64,000 nucleotides of DNA, from the NCBI GenBank assembly GCA_963716725.1, contig CAVQUB010000013.1, positions 32,001 to 96,000 on the forward strand, written 5' to 3'. This DNA is from an uncultured delta proteobacterium (GTDB taxonomy: Bacteria > Myxococcota_A > Polyangia > Polyangiales > Polyangiaceae). Positions 24,526 to 34,849 of this stretch are shown here, in pieces (position 1 is the first letter of the stretch; every line of letters begins with the position of its first letter). A program made the translations under genes and the position numbers. The notes beneath the pieces were generated by a model, which did no database searches, was not told where the DNA came from, and saw nothing but the letters and a program-made list of their open reading frames with translations.

Positions 24526-25343
24526 CCGCTCGCCCCGGTGCTCTTGATCACGTAGAGCAGGATCACCACCGTGACGCACATCACTCCCGCCAGGGTGCCG
24601 TAGGCCGATCGCCGCCCGCGCCACCCGGCGGCGGCCCGCATCACCAGCACTATCGCCAGGAGGATCCAGGTCGTGTACCCGAGGCCCGCTCGCAACAGCT
24701 CGGCGCCACCCGAAGCGCCGAGCCGGCTCGTGAAGAAGCCACCAGTGACCACCCCGAGCGTGAGCAGCGGGAACCCGGTCAAGAGTAGGCGATGCTCGGT
24801 TCGGTCGAGCGTATCGAGGGGCGGCAGCTTGGCGGTGAGCCAAGTGGGACGCTTCTCCTTCAGGCTGCGCTCCTGCACCAAATAGAAGGCGCCCGAGGCG
24901 CCGGCGAGCAGAAAGAAGCCGACGCCGGCCAGGTTCGCGGTGATGTGCACGATGAGCAGGAGCCGCGAAACGCCTTGGATGGAACTCTGCTCGGCGCCGA
25001 CGAACTGAGCACCGATCAAGAACGTGAGGGCGATGGGCGCCACCACCGCACCGACGGCCTGCAGCTTGAATCGAGTGCGCAGCGCCAAGTACATGCCCGT
25101 CAGGATCAACGCCGAGAGGCTCAGCGAGAAGTGCAGCGACTCGACGGGACAGATCCGAGAGAACAGGCTGGCGGTCACCACATGAGCGGCGTGGAGGCAC
25201 GCGCCAACGCCCAGCGCGACGGGGGCCGACATGGCGGCCGTCGCCGAGCCTTCGCGCCGCGCGAGATCGAGGAAGAAGAACACGGCAGCGGCCGCATACG
25301 CTGCGGCCCCCAGATAGAACGCGGCGGTCGCGATGCCTTCCAT
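24522..25343 (-). CDS. ccsA: Cytochrome c assembly protein CcsA/HemX family
   Basis: Multi-TM; LPPLDTLDR, GFPLLTLG, GWRGRRSA; adjacent to hemA. Confidence 0.85.
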   Translation of the reverse strand: MEGIATAAFYLGAAAYAAAAVFFFLDLARREGSATAAMSAPVALGVGACLHAAHVVTASLFSRICPVESLHFSLSLSALILTGMYLALRTRFKLQAVGAVVAPIALTFLIGAQFVGAEQSSIQGVSRLLLIVHITANLAGVGFFLLAGASGAFYLVQERSLKEKRPTWLTAKLPPLDTLDRTEHRLLLTGFPLLTLGVVTGGFFTSRLGASGGAELLRAGLGYTTWILLAIVLVMRAAAGWRGRRSAYGTLAGVMCVTVVILLYVIKSTGASG

Positions 25344-25345
25344 GA

Positions 25346-25753
25346 TCACTCGATGTGGCGGGCGAGGTACTGCGCCAGCATCTCCTCGTCGCTGCTGGAC
25401 CGCGGTCCGTCCGGCGGGGGAGCGCTGGTGGCGCGGTGCTCCACGAAGCTTCCGACGGGCGTCCCCGCGAACCCGGGCACGACGTCGTAGGCCAGATCTC
25501 CGAGCACCATGGAGGTGTCCAATATCTCCGCGCCGAGCTCGGTCATGAAGCTCACGGACTTCACTTTGCCCACGAGCTCGTGGACGTCGAGCCCCCCGGT
25601 CACCTCGGCGAGGACGCGCACCGCCTCGACCACCCGGTACTTCCGCCCTTCGCCCTTGATGACCAGCTCGCTCCCGACCAGATCGACGCGGTCCGCGCCG
25701 AGCCACGAATCGAGGGCTCGCTGGGGGAAGAACACGCGGTTTTTCATGCGCAA
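25346..25753 (-). CDS. Hypothetical protein
   Basis: High-GC3 ORF co-oriented with and abutting ccsA. Confidence 0.7.
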   Translation of the reverse strand: MRMKNRVFFPQRALDSWLGADRVDLVGSELVIKGEGRKYRVVEAVRVLAEVTGGLDVHELVGKVKSVSFMTELGAEILDTSMVLGDLAYDVVPGFAGTPVGSFVEHRATSAPPPDGPRSSSDEEMLAQYLARHIE

Positions 25754-26156
25754 AGGCCGATGCTACACGCTCACTGGCTAGGAGCGGAGAACGCTCTACG
25801 GCCGGCGGGGCCCGCCGGCAACGCCCTGGGCAAAGTCAGCGAAAATCCCACGGGAAGCCCGCGCGGGGCGGCTCAGAAAGAATCCCCAGCGACCACGAGG
25901 GAAGGAGCACCGGCAGCGCTTGGGAGTCGCCGGTATCTGGGCGAGGCGCACCCCAGGTTGATTCGCCGCGAGACGCTGGCTCGGGTCTGTGCGGCGCCGC
26001 GAGCCGCAGCGTCGCGGCATGGGCGCGAGCGCATCCGACCTGGACGCCTTCCCGCCCGGCGCTCTGCCGCGCTCGAGGGCGAAACGGCCCTGCGAAGAGT
26101 CAGTTCCTGACCCACTGCGCTGCCGCTGCCAAGACCCAAGGCGGCGTCCCTTGCAC

Positions 26157-26210
26157 GACCCTGGGACGACCCTGGGAAGTGCCCGGAGGGGCAAGTCCCT
26201 GAAGAGGGAC
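26157..26210 (-). repeat. Two nested copies of the 27-bp hairpin mini-element
   Basis: Reverse complement GTCCCTCTTCAGGGAC[TTGCCCCTCCGGGCACTTCCCAGGGTC]GTCCCAGGGTC-GT = 27+27 bp. Confidence 0.75.
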
Positions 26211-27176
26211 CCCCCTTGGTGGGGGGGCGTGCAAGCACCGTCCCAGCGCTCGGCGTCACGAGAGAAAGAGCACTGCATGCCCATTTCTTTCTTGACGCAT
26301 TTCCAGGCGACTCGCGCTCGCGCTTCGCCGAGAACGTCACCGAAGGCGTCCCTGTTGCGCGACGATGCTCGCCCATCGTGTTTCGCTCGAGCGACGACGC
26401 GCGAAGCGATTGGATGCGCGAAACGCGCTCACCGTGTCAGCCGTGAGGCCAAAAAACAGCGTGTTACTGAAGAAAGCATGCACGCTCTCTCTTCGGTCTC
26501 CGATCGCGAACTTCGTGAGCGCCTCGCCTCCGCCGTGAGCGCCGAGCAGCTGGCCTCTGCTGACGTCATCTTCCACCTGGCGGAGCTCGACCGCCGAAAG
26601 CTATACCTCGAAGACGCCTGCTCCTCGCTCTTCGCGTACTGCGTGGAGCGGCTCGGCTACTCCGAGGACGGCGCGAGCAAGCGAGCCCGTGTCGCCCGCT
26701 TGGTTCTGCGTTTTCCCCAGGCCCTCGACGAGCTCGCGAGCGGCGCCATCCACCTGACCGGACTGTTCCTGCTCTCCGGGCACCTCACGGAAGACAACGC
26801 CGACCCACTCATCGCCGAGGCTCGCGGCAAGTCGAAACGGCAGCTCGAGGAGTTGCTCGCCCGGTCATTCCCCCGGTCCGATGTGCCGGCGACCATCACC
26901 CCGAGCGGGCCCGAGCCGGCTCGAGCGGAGCTATCAACAATGTCCGGGACAGGTGGCTCCGAGCCGTCGGCGCCGCCCGCGTCATCGGCGCACCGCCCCC
27001 TGTAGTTTCCCACGCTCTTCCCCCGCCCGAATCCCGGGCATTTTCGTGATGCCCTCGGGGTGGTTTCCCGGAGTGCGGTGGTCGAGTGGGCGTGGCGAGG
27101 TGGTGGCAGAAAGGGAGCGGCCCGACGGAGACGTGGATCTCCGCCGGGCCTTGTGGACCGTCGCCGGGCGCTGGGC

Positions 27177-27974
27177 TCAGGTGACTTCGGCCATGGCGGA
27201 CTGGATGTGCTCGGTCGTGACGGTCCTGCTCTTGGTGAGCGCGGCGGCCATGAGCGCGTGGTGAGCGAGCAGGTTCACCTTCCGGGGCAGGCCGTTCGAC
27301 GCCTGGAAGATCGCCTCCTGGGTTGCGGGCTCGAAGAGTTCGAGCTCGGTTCCGGCGAGTCGGAGCAGGTGCGTGAGGTACGGGCCGAGCTCGTCACGGG
27401 CAAGACCCGGGACGTGAGCGCGCACGACGACGCGCTGCGAGAGCGCCTCGTGCACCGCCATGCCGAGGCGGCGGCGCAGTTCCGGGTGTCCGACGAGGAC
27501 CAGGCAGAGGCGGTTGTCGGAGTCCATCGCGTAGTTGGTGAGCAGGCGCAGGTCCTCGAGCACGTCGCTCCTGAGGTGATGAGCTTCGTCCACGATCAGG
27601 ATCGGTTTCTGCCGGGCCTCGCTGCAGAGCCGCGTCACCTCGGTCCCGATCTGCCGGAACAGTGCGGCGCGGTTGCGCTCGGTGGGTAGGCCGATCTCCC
27701 AGGCGATGGTCTTGTAGAGATCCATCACGTTGCCGGTGGTGAGCGACACGTAGAGGACGCGGTGCAGACCCGTGTGGAGACCGGCGACAATCTTCCGACA
27801 CGCGGTGGTCTTGCCGCTGCCGCTCTCACCGGTGACCACACCGATGCCGCGCAAGTCGAGGAGATGGGCGAGCCGGGCGTCGAGTTCTCGGAGCGCACCG
27901 GAGGCGAAGAGCTCGTCGGGCTCGATGTTTTTGGCGAAGGGGTGGCGGGTGAGGCCGAAGTGCTTGCGGTACAT
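27177..27974 (-). CDS. ExeA-like AAA+ ATPase (transposition helper)
   Basis: Walker A GESGSGKT, Walker B LIVDEAH, GLPRKVN. Confidence 0.9.
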   Translation of the reverse strand: MYRKHFGLTRHPFAKNIEPDELFASGALRELDARLAHLLDLRGIGVVTGESGSGKTTACRKIVAGLHTGLHRVLYVSLTTGNVMDLYKTIAWEIGLPTERNRAALFRQIGTEVTRLCSEARQKPILIVDEAHHLRSDVLEDLRLLTNYAMDSDNRLCLVLVGHPELRRRLGMAVHEALSQRVVVRAHVPGLARDELGPYLTHLLRLAGTELELFEPATQEAIFQASNGLPRKVNLLAHHALMAAALTKSRTVTTEHIQSAMAEVT

Positions 27975-29377
27975 CAGAGGAGGTCCCCCTCGTCGTCGCC
28001 AGCGCCGCCCTGCTGGTTGTCCCCGACATCGAAGTCGAAGTCGCTCAAGCGCATGCCGGGGGGCGGCTCGTCCACGGGCTGAGATGGATGCAGGGCCTTC
28101 GTCGTGTGATCGCGTCGGACGAAACAGTTGGCGTAGACGTCGACACGGCGAGCGATCTGGATCTGCTTTCCGCGATGCCAGACCTGGACGGCACGTGTCT
28201 CTCGCGGACGCGCCGGATCGAAGCGAAGGACGACGGTCTCGCCGACGAGCATCGCGTCCACTTCGTAGGCCACGCTGTCGAGCGACACGGTGCGGTCGGC
28301 CTGCACACGGCGCTTCTGCTCGAAGAGAAACAGATCGGCGAGGTCGCTCGACGACTGGCGCACCTCGTCTGAGCGCATCGCCCAGCGATCCGCGGGCGTC
28401 TCACCGTCGAGTCCGCGGTGGGGACTCCGATGATACTCACCCTCGACCCACGCCCAGAGACGGCGGTTGAGTGCTTCGAGACTCCGCCTGTCCTCGGGCT
28501 GGAGCGTCGGCAGGAGCTGAAGACGCACGGTCCGAAACCACCGCTCCATCTTTCCTTTTCCCTGGGGCGTGTAGGGACGCGCGTGGATCAAGGTGATGCC
28601 GAGCTTCGCGCACACGAGCGCCAGGTGCTGTGCTTTGAAGGCGGCACCGTTGTCGACGTAAAGCCGCTTGGGGATCCCGCGGCGGCAGATCCCTTGCTCG
28701 AGCACGCTGAGAAGGGTCGCGGCGTTCTCGCTGAGCGCGAAGGCCGCATACGGCACCATCCGTGTCGCGTCGTCGATGACGGCGAGCAGGTACGTCTTCC
28801 GCTGCCGCCCGGACACGGCGACGGCGGGGCCGTGCATCACGTCGCTCATCCACAGTTCGCCCGCCTTCTCGAAGGCGAAGCGTCGGCGGTCCTTCGCCGT
28901 CGGCTCGCCCTGCTTCTTCTGCATGAGTCCGGCCCGAGACAAGATCCGGTGCACCGTCGATGGCGCAAGCGTGACCCCCTCCGGGATCTTCGCGAAGCGC
29001 GTCACGTGCGCGATGACGAGTCCGACGCTGAAGTCCGCGTGCTGCTCTTTCGTCTCGCAGAGCAGATCCGCGATCTCCCGGGGAATGGCGCGAGCCGAGC
29101 CCTCGTCCCGTCGGATCTTCGGGACAAGGGCGTCGAAGCCGCCGCGTCGGTAGTCCGCAAGCCATCCGCGGATCGTTTCGGCCTGGACCTTCCGCCGGAG
29201 CGTTCCGGGGATCTCCCAGTCCTTCTCCGCCTTCTCGCGCAGCTTCGCGTACATGCCGCGCGCACCGCGCTCGAGGTGGAGCAGATCTGCGATCACGCCA
29301 TAACGGAACAGCGCGATCTGCTTTCTGCGCTCGGCGTCAGCGAGCGTGCGTTCGTTTTCGGGGGTCGGTGTCCTCAT
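27974..29377 (-). CDS. DDE (rve) transposase with Mu-like C-terminal domain
   Basis: WMSD, YVDNG, GKMERWF triad; RRVQADRTVSLD C-terminal motif. Confidence 0.92.
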   Translation of the reverse strand: MRTPTPENERTLADAERRKQIALFRYGVIADLLHLERGARGMYAKLREKAEKDWEIPGTLRRKVQAETIRGWLADYRRGGFDALVPKIRRDEGSARAIPREIADLLCETKEQHADFSVGLVIAHVTRFAKIPEGVTLAPSTVHRILSRAGLMQKKQGEPTAKDRRRFAFEKAGELWMSDVMHGPAVAVSGRQRKTYLLAVIDDATRMVPYAAFALSENAATLLSVLEQGICRRGIPKRLYVDNGAAFKAQHLALVCAKLGITLIHARPYTPQGKGKMERWFRTVRLQLLPTLQPEDRRSLEALNRRLWAWVEGEYHRSPHRGLDGETPADRWAMRSDEVRQSSSDLADLFLFEQKRRVQADRTVSLDSVAYEVDAMLVGETVVLRFDPARPRETRAVQVWHRGKQIQIARRVDVYANCFVRRDHTTKALHPSQPVDEPPPGMRLSDFDFDVGDNQQGGAGDDEGDLL

Positions 29378-29428
29378 CGGAGTTCTCTTTCGGTGTCGGC
29401 CCGGGTCCGTCCCGGGCACACCAACCCG

Positions 29429-30106
29429 CTATCGGTCCCGCCGAGGAGGGTCCGGCCCCGTTTCGTGTGGGGTCGGCTCTCGCGATGCTTGCCGCGCTCG
29501 CCCTCGCGCCCGCAGTCCGACCGGCGCTGGCATGGCGGCCAGGTGAATGGCCGCGGCCGACCGCAGCGCCACGAGCGCATCCGACACCCCGAGTCGTTGC
29601 CGCACCGCGCCAAGCGTCGCCGGGCAGCCCGTGAGCGCCGGCACCAGCGTCACTGCCGCCACGAGCGCCGCGTGGACAGCAACACGCCGCCGCCGGAGCC
29701 ACCGCAGCGCGCTTGGAAGCGTCACCGCGTCCGCTGCGATCGCGGGGCGCACCTTCTCGGCGACCGCCTCCAGACTCTTGGCGCCCTCGGCCACCTCGAC
29801 GGCCCGCTCGACCTCCTCGAGCGTGCCCGACAGTCGGGAAGCCAGAAAATCAGGCAAAAGGCTGATAGTCACCCGAGCCCGCGGGCACCAGAACCGGGCG
29901 ACGCGGACGCCGACGGGGCGGACCCGACCGTAGCTCCCGTGCCCCGCGAGACCGCAGCCGCCCTCCGGGTGCAGCGGGCACCGCTCCAAACTTGCGGCCC
30001 GCCACGCCTGCTCGGTAACGTACCGCTCGCTGGTGAGGGTCGTCTCGTAACGGACAACCAATCCTTCGCTGGCCGGGTCCGTGCGGGTGCTACCGCGACG
30101 GACCAA
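29429..30106 (-). CDS. Transposon accessory protein with putative Zn-binding motif
   Basis: CPLH...C...H...FWCP, ISLLPDFL; lies inside transposon ends. Confidence 0.7.
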   Translation of the reverse strand: MVRRGSTRTDPASEGLVVRYETTLTSERYVTEQAWRAASLERCPLHPEGGCGLAGHGSYGRVRPVGVRVARFWCPRARVTISLLPDFLASRLSGTLEEVERAVEVAEGAKSLEAVAEKVRPAIAADAVTLPSALRWLRRRRVAVHAALVAAVTLVPALTGCPATLGAVRQRLGVSDALVALRSAAAIHLAAMPAPVGLRARGRARQASREPTPHETGPDPPRRDR

Positions 30107-30759
30107 CCTTCTCCGGCGATCAGCTTTCCGCGGATCAGCCTCTCAGGAAAAAAGAACGGCGAAGCTCTCCGGAGTCCGAACCCGGCTCACCCGAAACAAC
30201 GAGCGCCCAGACCGACACCACGACCGCGGGGGATCACGACGGAGGGTGACGGCCTACACCCCCGGGTCGAACCGCTCTCGGCCACGAGCTTCCGCGTGGA
30301 ATTCACAGCCAGCGCCACGCTCCGCGACAAGCTCGATCACGCCCGGAACCTCCTCAGCCACGCCGTGCCGAGCGGGGATCTCGCGGCCCTTATCGAGCGG
30401 GCCATCGACCAGCTCATCGCCGTCGAGACGAAGCGCCGCTCGGGCGCGGGCAAGCCGCGCAAGCACCGCGAAGTGAAGCCGGGCTCGCGCCACGTGCCGG
30501 TGGAGGTCCAGAGCGCGGTGCGGGAGCGGGATTGCAACCGGTGCACCTTCGTCGATGCCGAGGGGCACCGCTGTTCTGAAAAGCAGTTCTTGACCATCGA
30601 GCACGTCGACCCTTACGCGATGGGAGGGCCAACGACAGCGGATAACTGCTGTTTGCTCTGTTCGCCTCACAACGCGTTTCGAGCGCGACAAATCTACGGC
30701 GAGCAGCACGTCCGGAAGAAGGTCTCGGAGGCTCGCGCGAGCCGGGGAGCGAGCGGCGC

Positions 30760-30812
30760 GACTGCGGGGACTGCGGGGACTGCGGGGACTGCGGGGGCTG
30801 CGGGGACTGCGG
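30760..30812 (+). repeat. 9-bp tandem repeat (GACTGCGGG, ~6 copies) encoding a Thr-Ala-Gly linker
   Basis: Direct reading. Confidence 0.85.
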
Positions 30813-31011
30813 CCGAGGCGAAGGGCGACGTGTTCGAGAAGGTGCTGGCGGCTCTGCTTCACTCGGGGTTCAAGCGGAAGGACGCGCGGCGAGCCCTCGA
30901 ACAGGTGCGCGCGCTCGGAGTCGAGCCGCAGCTCGAACCAGTGCTGCGCGGAGCGCTGGCCGTACTCACTCCCTGACACGGTTCGGGCACACCCCCGACA
31001 AAGGCTGAGCA

Positions 31012-31824
31012 TTGGTCTCATCGCGCAAGGCTCAACTGCTCGAGCGCGTCCGCAGCTGCACGGACTCGCGCGAAGCCACGACGGATGACGATCGTCCCCG
31101 GTGGTCCACTCGAGGAATTGCCCGTGTAGCCAGCAGCTCACGCCGAGCCGCGGCGCAGAAGCGTGCGGCCCAGGATCGCCTCGACCGGCTCGACGCGGCG
31201 CTCGCGCAGTTGCCCGGGGTCGCGAGGACCAAGAGCAAGAGCGGCGCCAAGGACCCGACCCCTCGAGTGTCGACGACCGATCCGCAGGCACGGGTGATGA
31301 AGATGGGCGACGGAGGATTCCGGCCCGCCTACAACGTGCAGCTCACCACGACCGCCGACGACGCGCTGGTCATCGTCGGTGTCGCCGTCACCCATCGCGG
31401 CAGCGACATGGGCGAATCGACTCCGATGCTCGAGCAGATCGAGAAGCGGACTGGCATCCGGCCACGAGAGCTCCTCGTCGATGGGGGATACGCGAAGCAT
31501 CAAGCCATCGACGAAGCTGCCGCGCGCAACGTCACCGTCTACGCTCCGCTCCCCAAGCCCCGCAACGACGACGGCCCTGACCCCCACCGGCCGAGGGGTG
31601 CCGACAGCGCGGCCGTTGCCGCCTGGAGACAGCGCATGGCCACCGACGAGGCCAAGCAGATCTACCGGCAACGGGCCGCGACCGCCGAGACCGTCTACGC
31701 GGACGCCAAAACGCACCGCGGGCTCGACTCGCTGACCCTGCGGGGACGGGGCAAGGTCCTCGCCAGCGTGACGCTCTTCGCGCTCACGTACGACATCCTG
31801 CGCGCCATCACCCTCGGCGTCTGA
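31012..31824 (+). pseudogene. 5'-truncated IS1182-family transposase
   Basis: STTDPQARVMKMGDGGFRPAYNVQ, LVDGGY, YRQRAATAE; N-terminal domain absent. Confidence 0.8.
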
Positions 31825-31980
31825 ACCCGCCACCGCTCTGCCGCGGCCATACTTTCCGCGCTCGGCCCACCCGAATCGAATCGCGCCCCACGGCGCTCCC
31901 CGCGCTCCCGCCCTGCTCCTGGGACTCGCCCTCGCTCGATCTCCCGGCGGCGCACGCTCATCCGATTTCTTCTCACCCTC

Positions 31981-33321
31981 TCAGTAGCCCTTGCGCGTCA
32001 CGGCGCGGTCGCCGGGCTCGATCTCCCGGTGCGATGCCGTGACCAGGCAGACCGAGCTGTACTTGTTCGCTCGGAGGATGCGCAGCTCGCCGATGATCTC
32101 TTCGGGGAAATCCTTCTCGTTGCCCTTGAGCGGCGTGTTTTCGAAGGTCGCGCTCTCGGGCACCTCGATTCGCATGCGCTGCCGCGCCGTACGGGTGGCG
32201 GTCTTGAGCGAGCCACGCCAGGCATCGCCCTTGGCGACGATGAACAGGCGGATGCCCGCGCTGACACCGTCCTCGGTCCCACGGTCGATGAAAACGATCT
32301 GATTTTGGCCGAGGATTTCGTGGGGGTAGATGCTGGTGAGCACCCGCGCCCAGCGGTTGACTCGAGACGGCTTCGGGGGGACGACGTCGATCCTCCGCCC
32401 AACGTCGCCCACCAGCGCCCCACGCTCGATGACGTCGGTGGACTCTGTGATGGTGCCCCGCGCGAGCCGCTTCTTCTCGTCCCACTGATCGACGCGAACC
32501 GTGCCCTTGATCGCGATGATCTCGCCGGGCGGACGCCGCGCGCCCTTCACGGCTGCGGGCTTGCGCACCTTGGTGAAGATCGTGAGCTTCTGACCCGGGA
32601 CCACTTCGACGTTGGGCTTGATCTGGAGGTAGACGTGGTTGCCCTCGGACAGGAGCATCTGGTCTTCCCGCGAGCCGAGCAGCTCACCTTTCACCTGCCG
32701 CCGCGGATCTTCGATGAAGCCGGCGCGTCGCAGGAAGATGGTGTCGGCCGGCACCGCGCCACGCCGATCGACGAGACCGCCTCCGTCGCCGAGGGCCGCG
32801 GCGTCCCGATAGTCGCCGCCTTGCTTCATGCGCACCTGATCACCGGGGTAGATCCAATGCGGGTTCGAGATCTGGGGGTTGAAGGACCAGACCTTCGGCC
32901 AGTTCCACGAGTTGCCGTAGTAGTGACCCGAGAGATCCCAGAGCGTGTCGCCGCGACGCACGGTGTGGAAGGGCGGAACCCGGAGCGCCGCGCCACGGCC
33001 GAGGATCGCAGCGGACCCTTGGTTCCCGCGGATGCTGCCCCCGCCGGCGGAGCCCCGTCCTAGATCGAAGGTGTCGCCCTTGGTCGTGTCCGACCGCGAA
33101 CGCGAACTCGAAGGCAGGTGCGCATCGGGATCAGCGGCGCCGGGCTGCGGGAATCCAAACGGTGGTGTACTTACGGTGGTGACGGTGGTCTGGGTCGGGG
33201 CCTGCCCGCCGCCTTCGGCTCCTGCGCCTCCGCCGGTGTCTTGCGCGAGCGCGTGCGGGCTCACCAGGCCCACGGCCGTGAGCATCGAGACGCACCAGAA
33301 AACCCTCGGTCCCTTGCGCAT
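31981..33321 (-). CDS. LysM peptidoglycan-binding exported protein
   Basis: HTVRRGDTLWDLS...NPHWIYPGD. Confidence 0.9.
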   Translation of the reverse strand: MRKGPRVFWCVSMLTAVGLVSPHALAQDTGGGAGAEGGGQAPTQTTVTTVSTPPFGFPQPGAADPDAHLPSSSRSRSDTTKGDTFDLGRGSAGGGSIRGNQGSAAILGRGAALRVPPFHTVRRGDTLWDLSGHYYGNSWNWPKVWSFNPQISNPHWIYPGDQVRMKQGGDYRDAAALGDGGGLVDRRGAVPADTIFLRRAGFIEDPRRQVKGELLGSREDQMLLSEGNHVYLQIKPNVEVVPGQKLTIFTKVRKPAAVKGARRPPGEIIAIKGTVRVDQWDEKKRLARGTITESTDVIERGALVGDVGRRIDVVPPKPSRVNRWARVLTSIYPHEILGQNQIVFIDRGTEDGVSAGIRLFIVAKGDAWRGSLKTATRTARQRMRIEVPESATFENTPLKGNEKDFPEEIIGELRILRANKYSSVCLVTASHREIEPGDRAVTRKGY

Positions 33322-33324
33322 GAT

Positions 33325-33810
33325 TCAGGTCCCCTGCGGAGCGGAGCGACGTGCACCCGCATTCTGGCCCATCGGCGCGGTCCCGGCACGTGGCGTGGGC
33401 TTCTTCATCCAGGCGGGCGTCCGCGCACCGTGGTCTTTGATCACCGGTCGCGGCCCGGATTCTTCCTCCGCGGGCTCGGGCTCCGGCTCGGCCACGGGCT
33501 CGGCGCTCGGCGCGGATTGGCCCGGCCCAAGCTTGACGACCTTCAGGGCCGGCCTGGCGACGCGGGACTCCTCAGCCTCGGCGGCCGGGGCCGCGGCCGC
33601 GGTCGGCGCGCGCGGGTGCATCGAAGTGATTTCCAACGCTTGGACCCGCTCCCCCAGTCGGTCATTGGTGTTCTGAAGCCGGGTGACCTCGTCCTGGAGA
33701 TTCGCGACGCGCTTCTCCATGGCGTCGCGGTTCGCGCCGCCACAGCCGGCGGCAAACGCCGCGCACGCGAAGAGAAAAACGAAGGCGGCTTTGGGCATGA
33801 GGCTCCGCAT
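33325..33810 (-). CDS. Hypothetical lipoprotein with coiled coil
   Basis: Lipobox AAGC; heptad VANLQDEVTRLQNTNDRL. Confidence 0.65.
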   Translation of the reverse strand: MRSLMPKAAFVFLFACAAFAAGCGGANRDAMEKRVANLQDEVTRLQNTNDRLGERVQALEITSMHPRAPTAAAAPAAEAEESRVARPALKVVKLGPGQSAPSAEPVAEPEPEPAEEESGPRPVIKDHGARTPAWMKKPTPRAGTAPMGQNAGARRSAPQGT

Positions 33811-33951
33811 CGGCCGAAGTCTAAGATTCGACGAAGCGTCGGGCCAAAAACTCAGGTGATCCGGTCGCCGATTGTCCTGGCACAGATGTTGGCTCGATGC
33901 GCCGGCACCTGATTCTGGACGGAGCAACCCGGGGCGGCTAGGTTCGTTCTC

Positions 33952-34782
33952 GTGCAGTCGAGGGTCCGCAAGGGAGGCGAACGTCGGCGCCGGATCGATC
34001 TCCGGAAGACACTGTTCATCCTTCCGAACATGATCACGATGGCGGCCGTCTTTTGCGGCTTCAACGCCATCCGGATCTGCGCCAAGCCCGGCGCGGAGAT
34101 CGAGGACTTCCACCGCGCCGCCGTGCTCTTGATGTTCGCGATGCTCTTCGACCTGCTCGACGGTCGGGTCGCGCGGTTGACCAAGACCCAGAGCGCCTTC
34201 GGGCTGCAGCTCGACTCGCTGGCGGATCTCGTCTCTTTCGGAGTGGCCCCGGCCCTGTTGGTCTACCAGTGGGTGCTGCACCGTCATCCGATCCCGGGCC
34301 TGCTCGTCGCCTTCTTGTATGTGGCCTGCGCCGCGGCTCGCCTCGCTCGATTCAACGTGCTGTCGTCCGCCCCGAGCGGCGCCCCAGTGAAGCCCGGAAA
34401 GTTCATCGTCGGGCTCCCGTCACCGCCGGCGTCGGGGGTGCTCATCTCCCTGGCAGTGGCCGACTCTGCGGTCGGCGGTGCGCTCGGCTCCGAGAAGAAC
34501 ACGCTGCTCTTCTTCGCGGTGACCGTAGTCGTGGCGCTGCTGATGGTCTCCAACGTGCGCTTCCGATCCTTCAAGGAATTGAAGCCCAACCCCGCCACCA
34601 TCCTGTTTGTACTGTTTGTCATGGGCTCGAGCCTTGCGGTCAGCCACATGCTCAAGCCGCACTTCGTGCTCATCTGGCTGCTCGGCGTCTACATCACCAT
34701 CGGCTTGGTCGAGTCGATCCGGGCGCTGGCTCAGTGGCTCATGCGCGAACGCGTGCGTGACACCACGCCGCCGGCCGAGTGA
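33952..34782 (+). CDS. pssA: CDP-diacylglycerol--serine O-phosphatidyltransferase
   Basis: DLLDGRVAR...FGLQLDSLADLVSFG, RLARFN, GLPSP. Confidence 0.93.
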   Translation: MQSRVRKGGERRRRIDLRKTLFILPNMITMAAVFCGFNAIRICAKPGAEIEDFHRAAVLLMFAMLFDLLDGRVARLTKTQSAFGLQLDSLADLVSFGVAPALLVYQWVLHRHPIPGLLVAFLYVACAAARLARFNVLSSAPSGAPVKPGKFIVGLPSPPASGVLISLAVADSAVGGALGSEKNTLLFFAVTVVVALLMVSNVRFRSFKELKPNPATILFVLFVMGSSLAVSHMLKPHFVLIWLLGVYITIGLVESIRALAQWLMRERVRDTTPPAE

Positions 34783-34849
34783 AGCCTGGCCCGAGCGCCG
34801 CTCTCGGCGCACCCTCGGGATTTGCGGCGGCGCGTGCTAGAACTCGGGA

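Larger units (their letters stand above)
27001..30258 (-). mobile_element. 3258-bp three-gene DDE transposon (Zn-finger-like ORF, transposase, ExeA-like AAA ATPase)
   Basis: Ends TGTAG...CTACA; 5-bp duplication CCCCC at 26996-27000 and 30259-30263; subterminal TCGTGATSCC motif near both ends. Confidence 0.9.
26478..30976 (+). pseudogene. DUF222-like/HNH endonuclease gene with RuvA-C-terminal-like tail, interrupted by a transposon (5' part 26478-27000, 3' part 30264-30976)
   Basis: Removing 27001-30258 plus one CCCCC restores in-frame ...SSAHRPRVEPLS...; RDCNRC...EHVDPYAMGG...CSPHN HNH motif. Confidence 0.88.

Noticed and set aside
27177..27974. Type II secretion ExeA gene
   Set aside because: Lies inside transposon ends, is coupled to a DDE transposase, and has no secretion genes nearby.
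28418..30258. N-terminal ~600 aa of the 852-aa ORF 28418-30976
   Set aside because: Antisense shadow of the transposon genes; only the part after 30263 is the real HNH gene.
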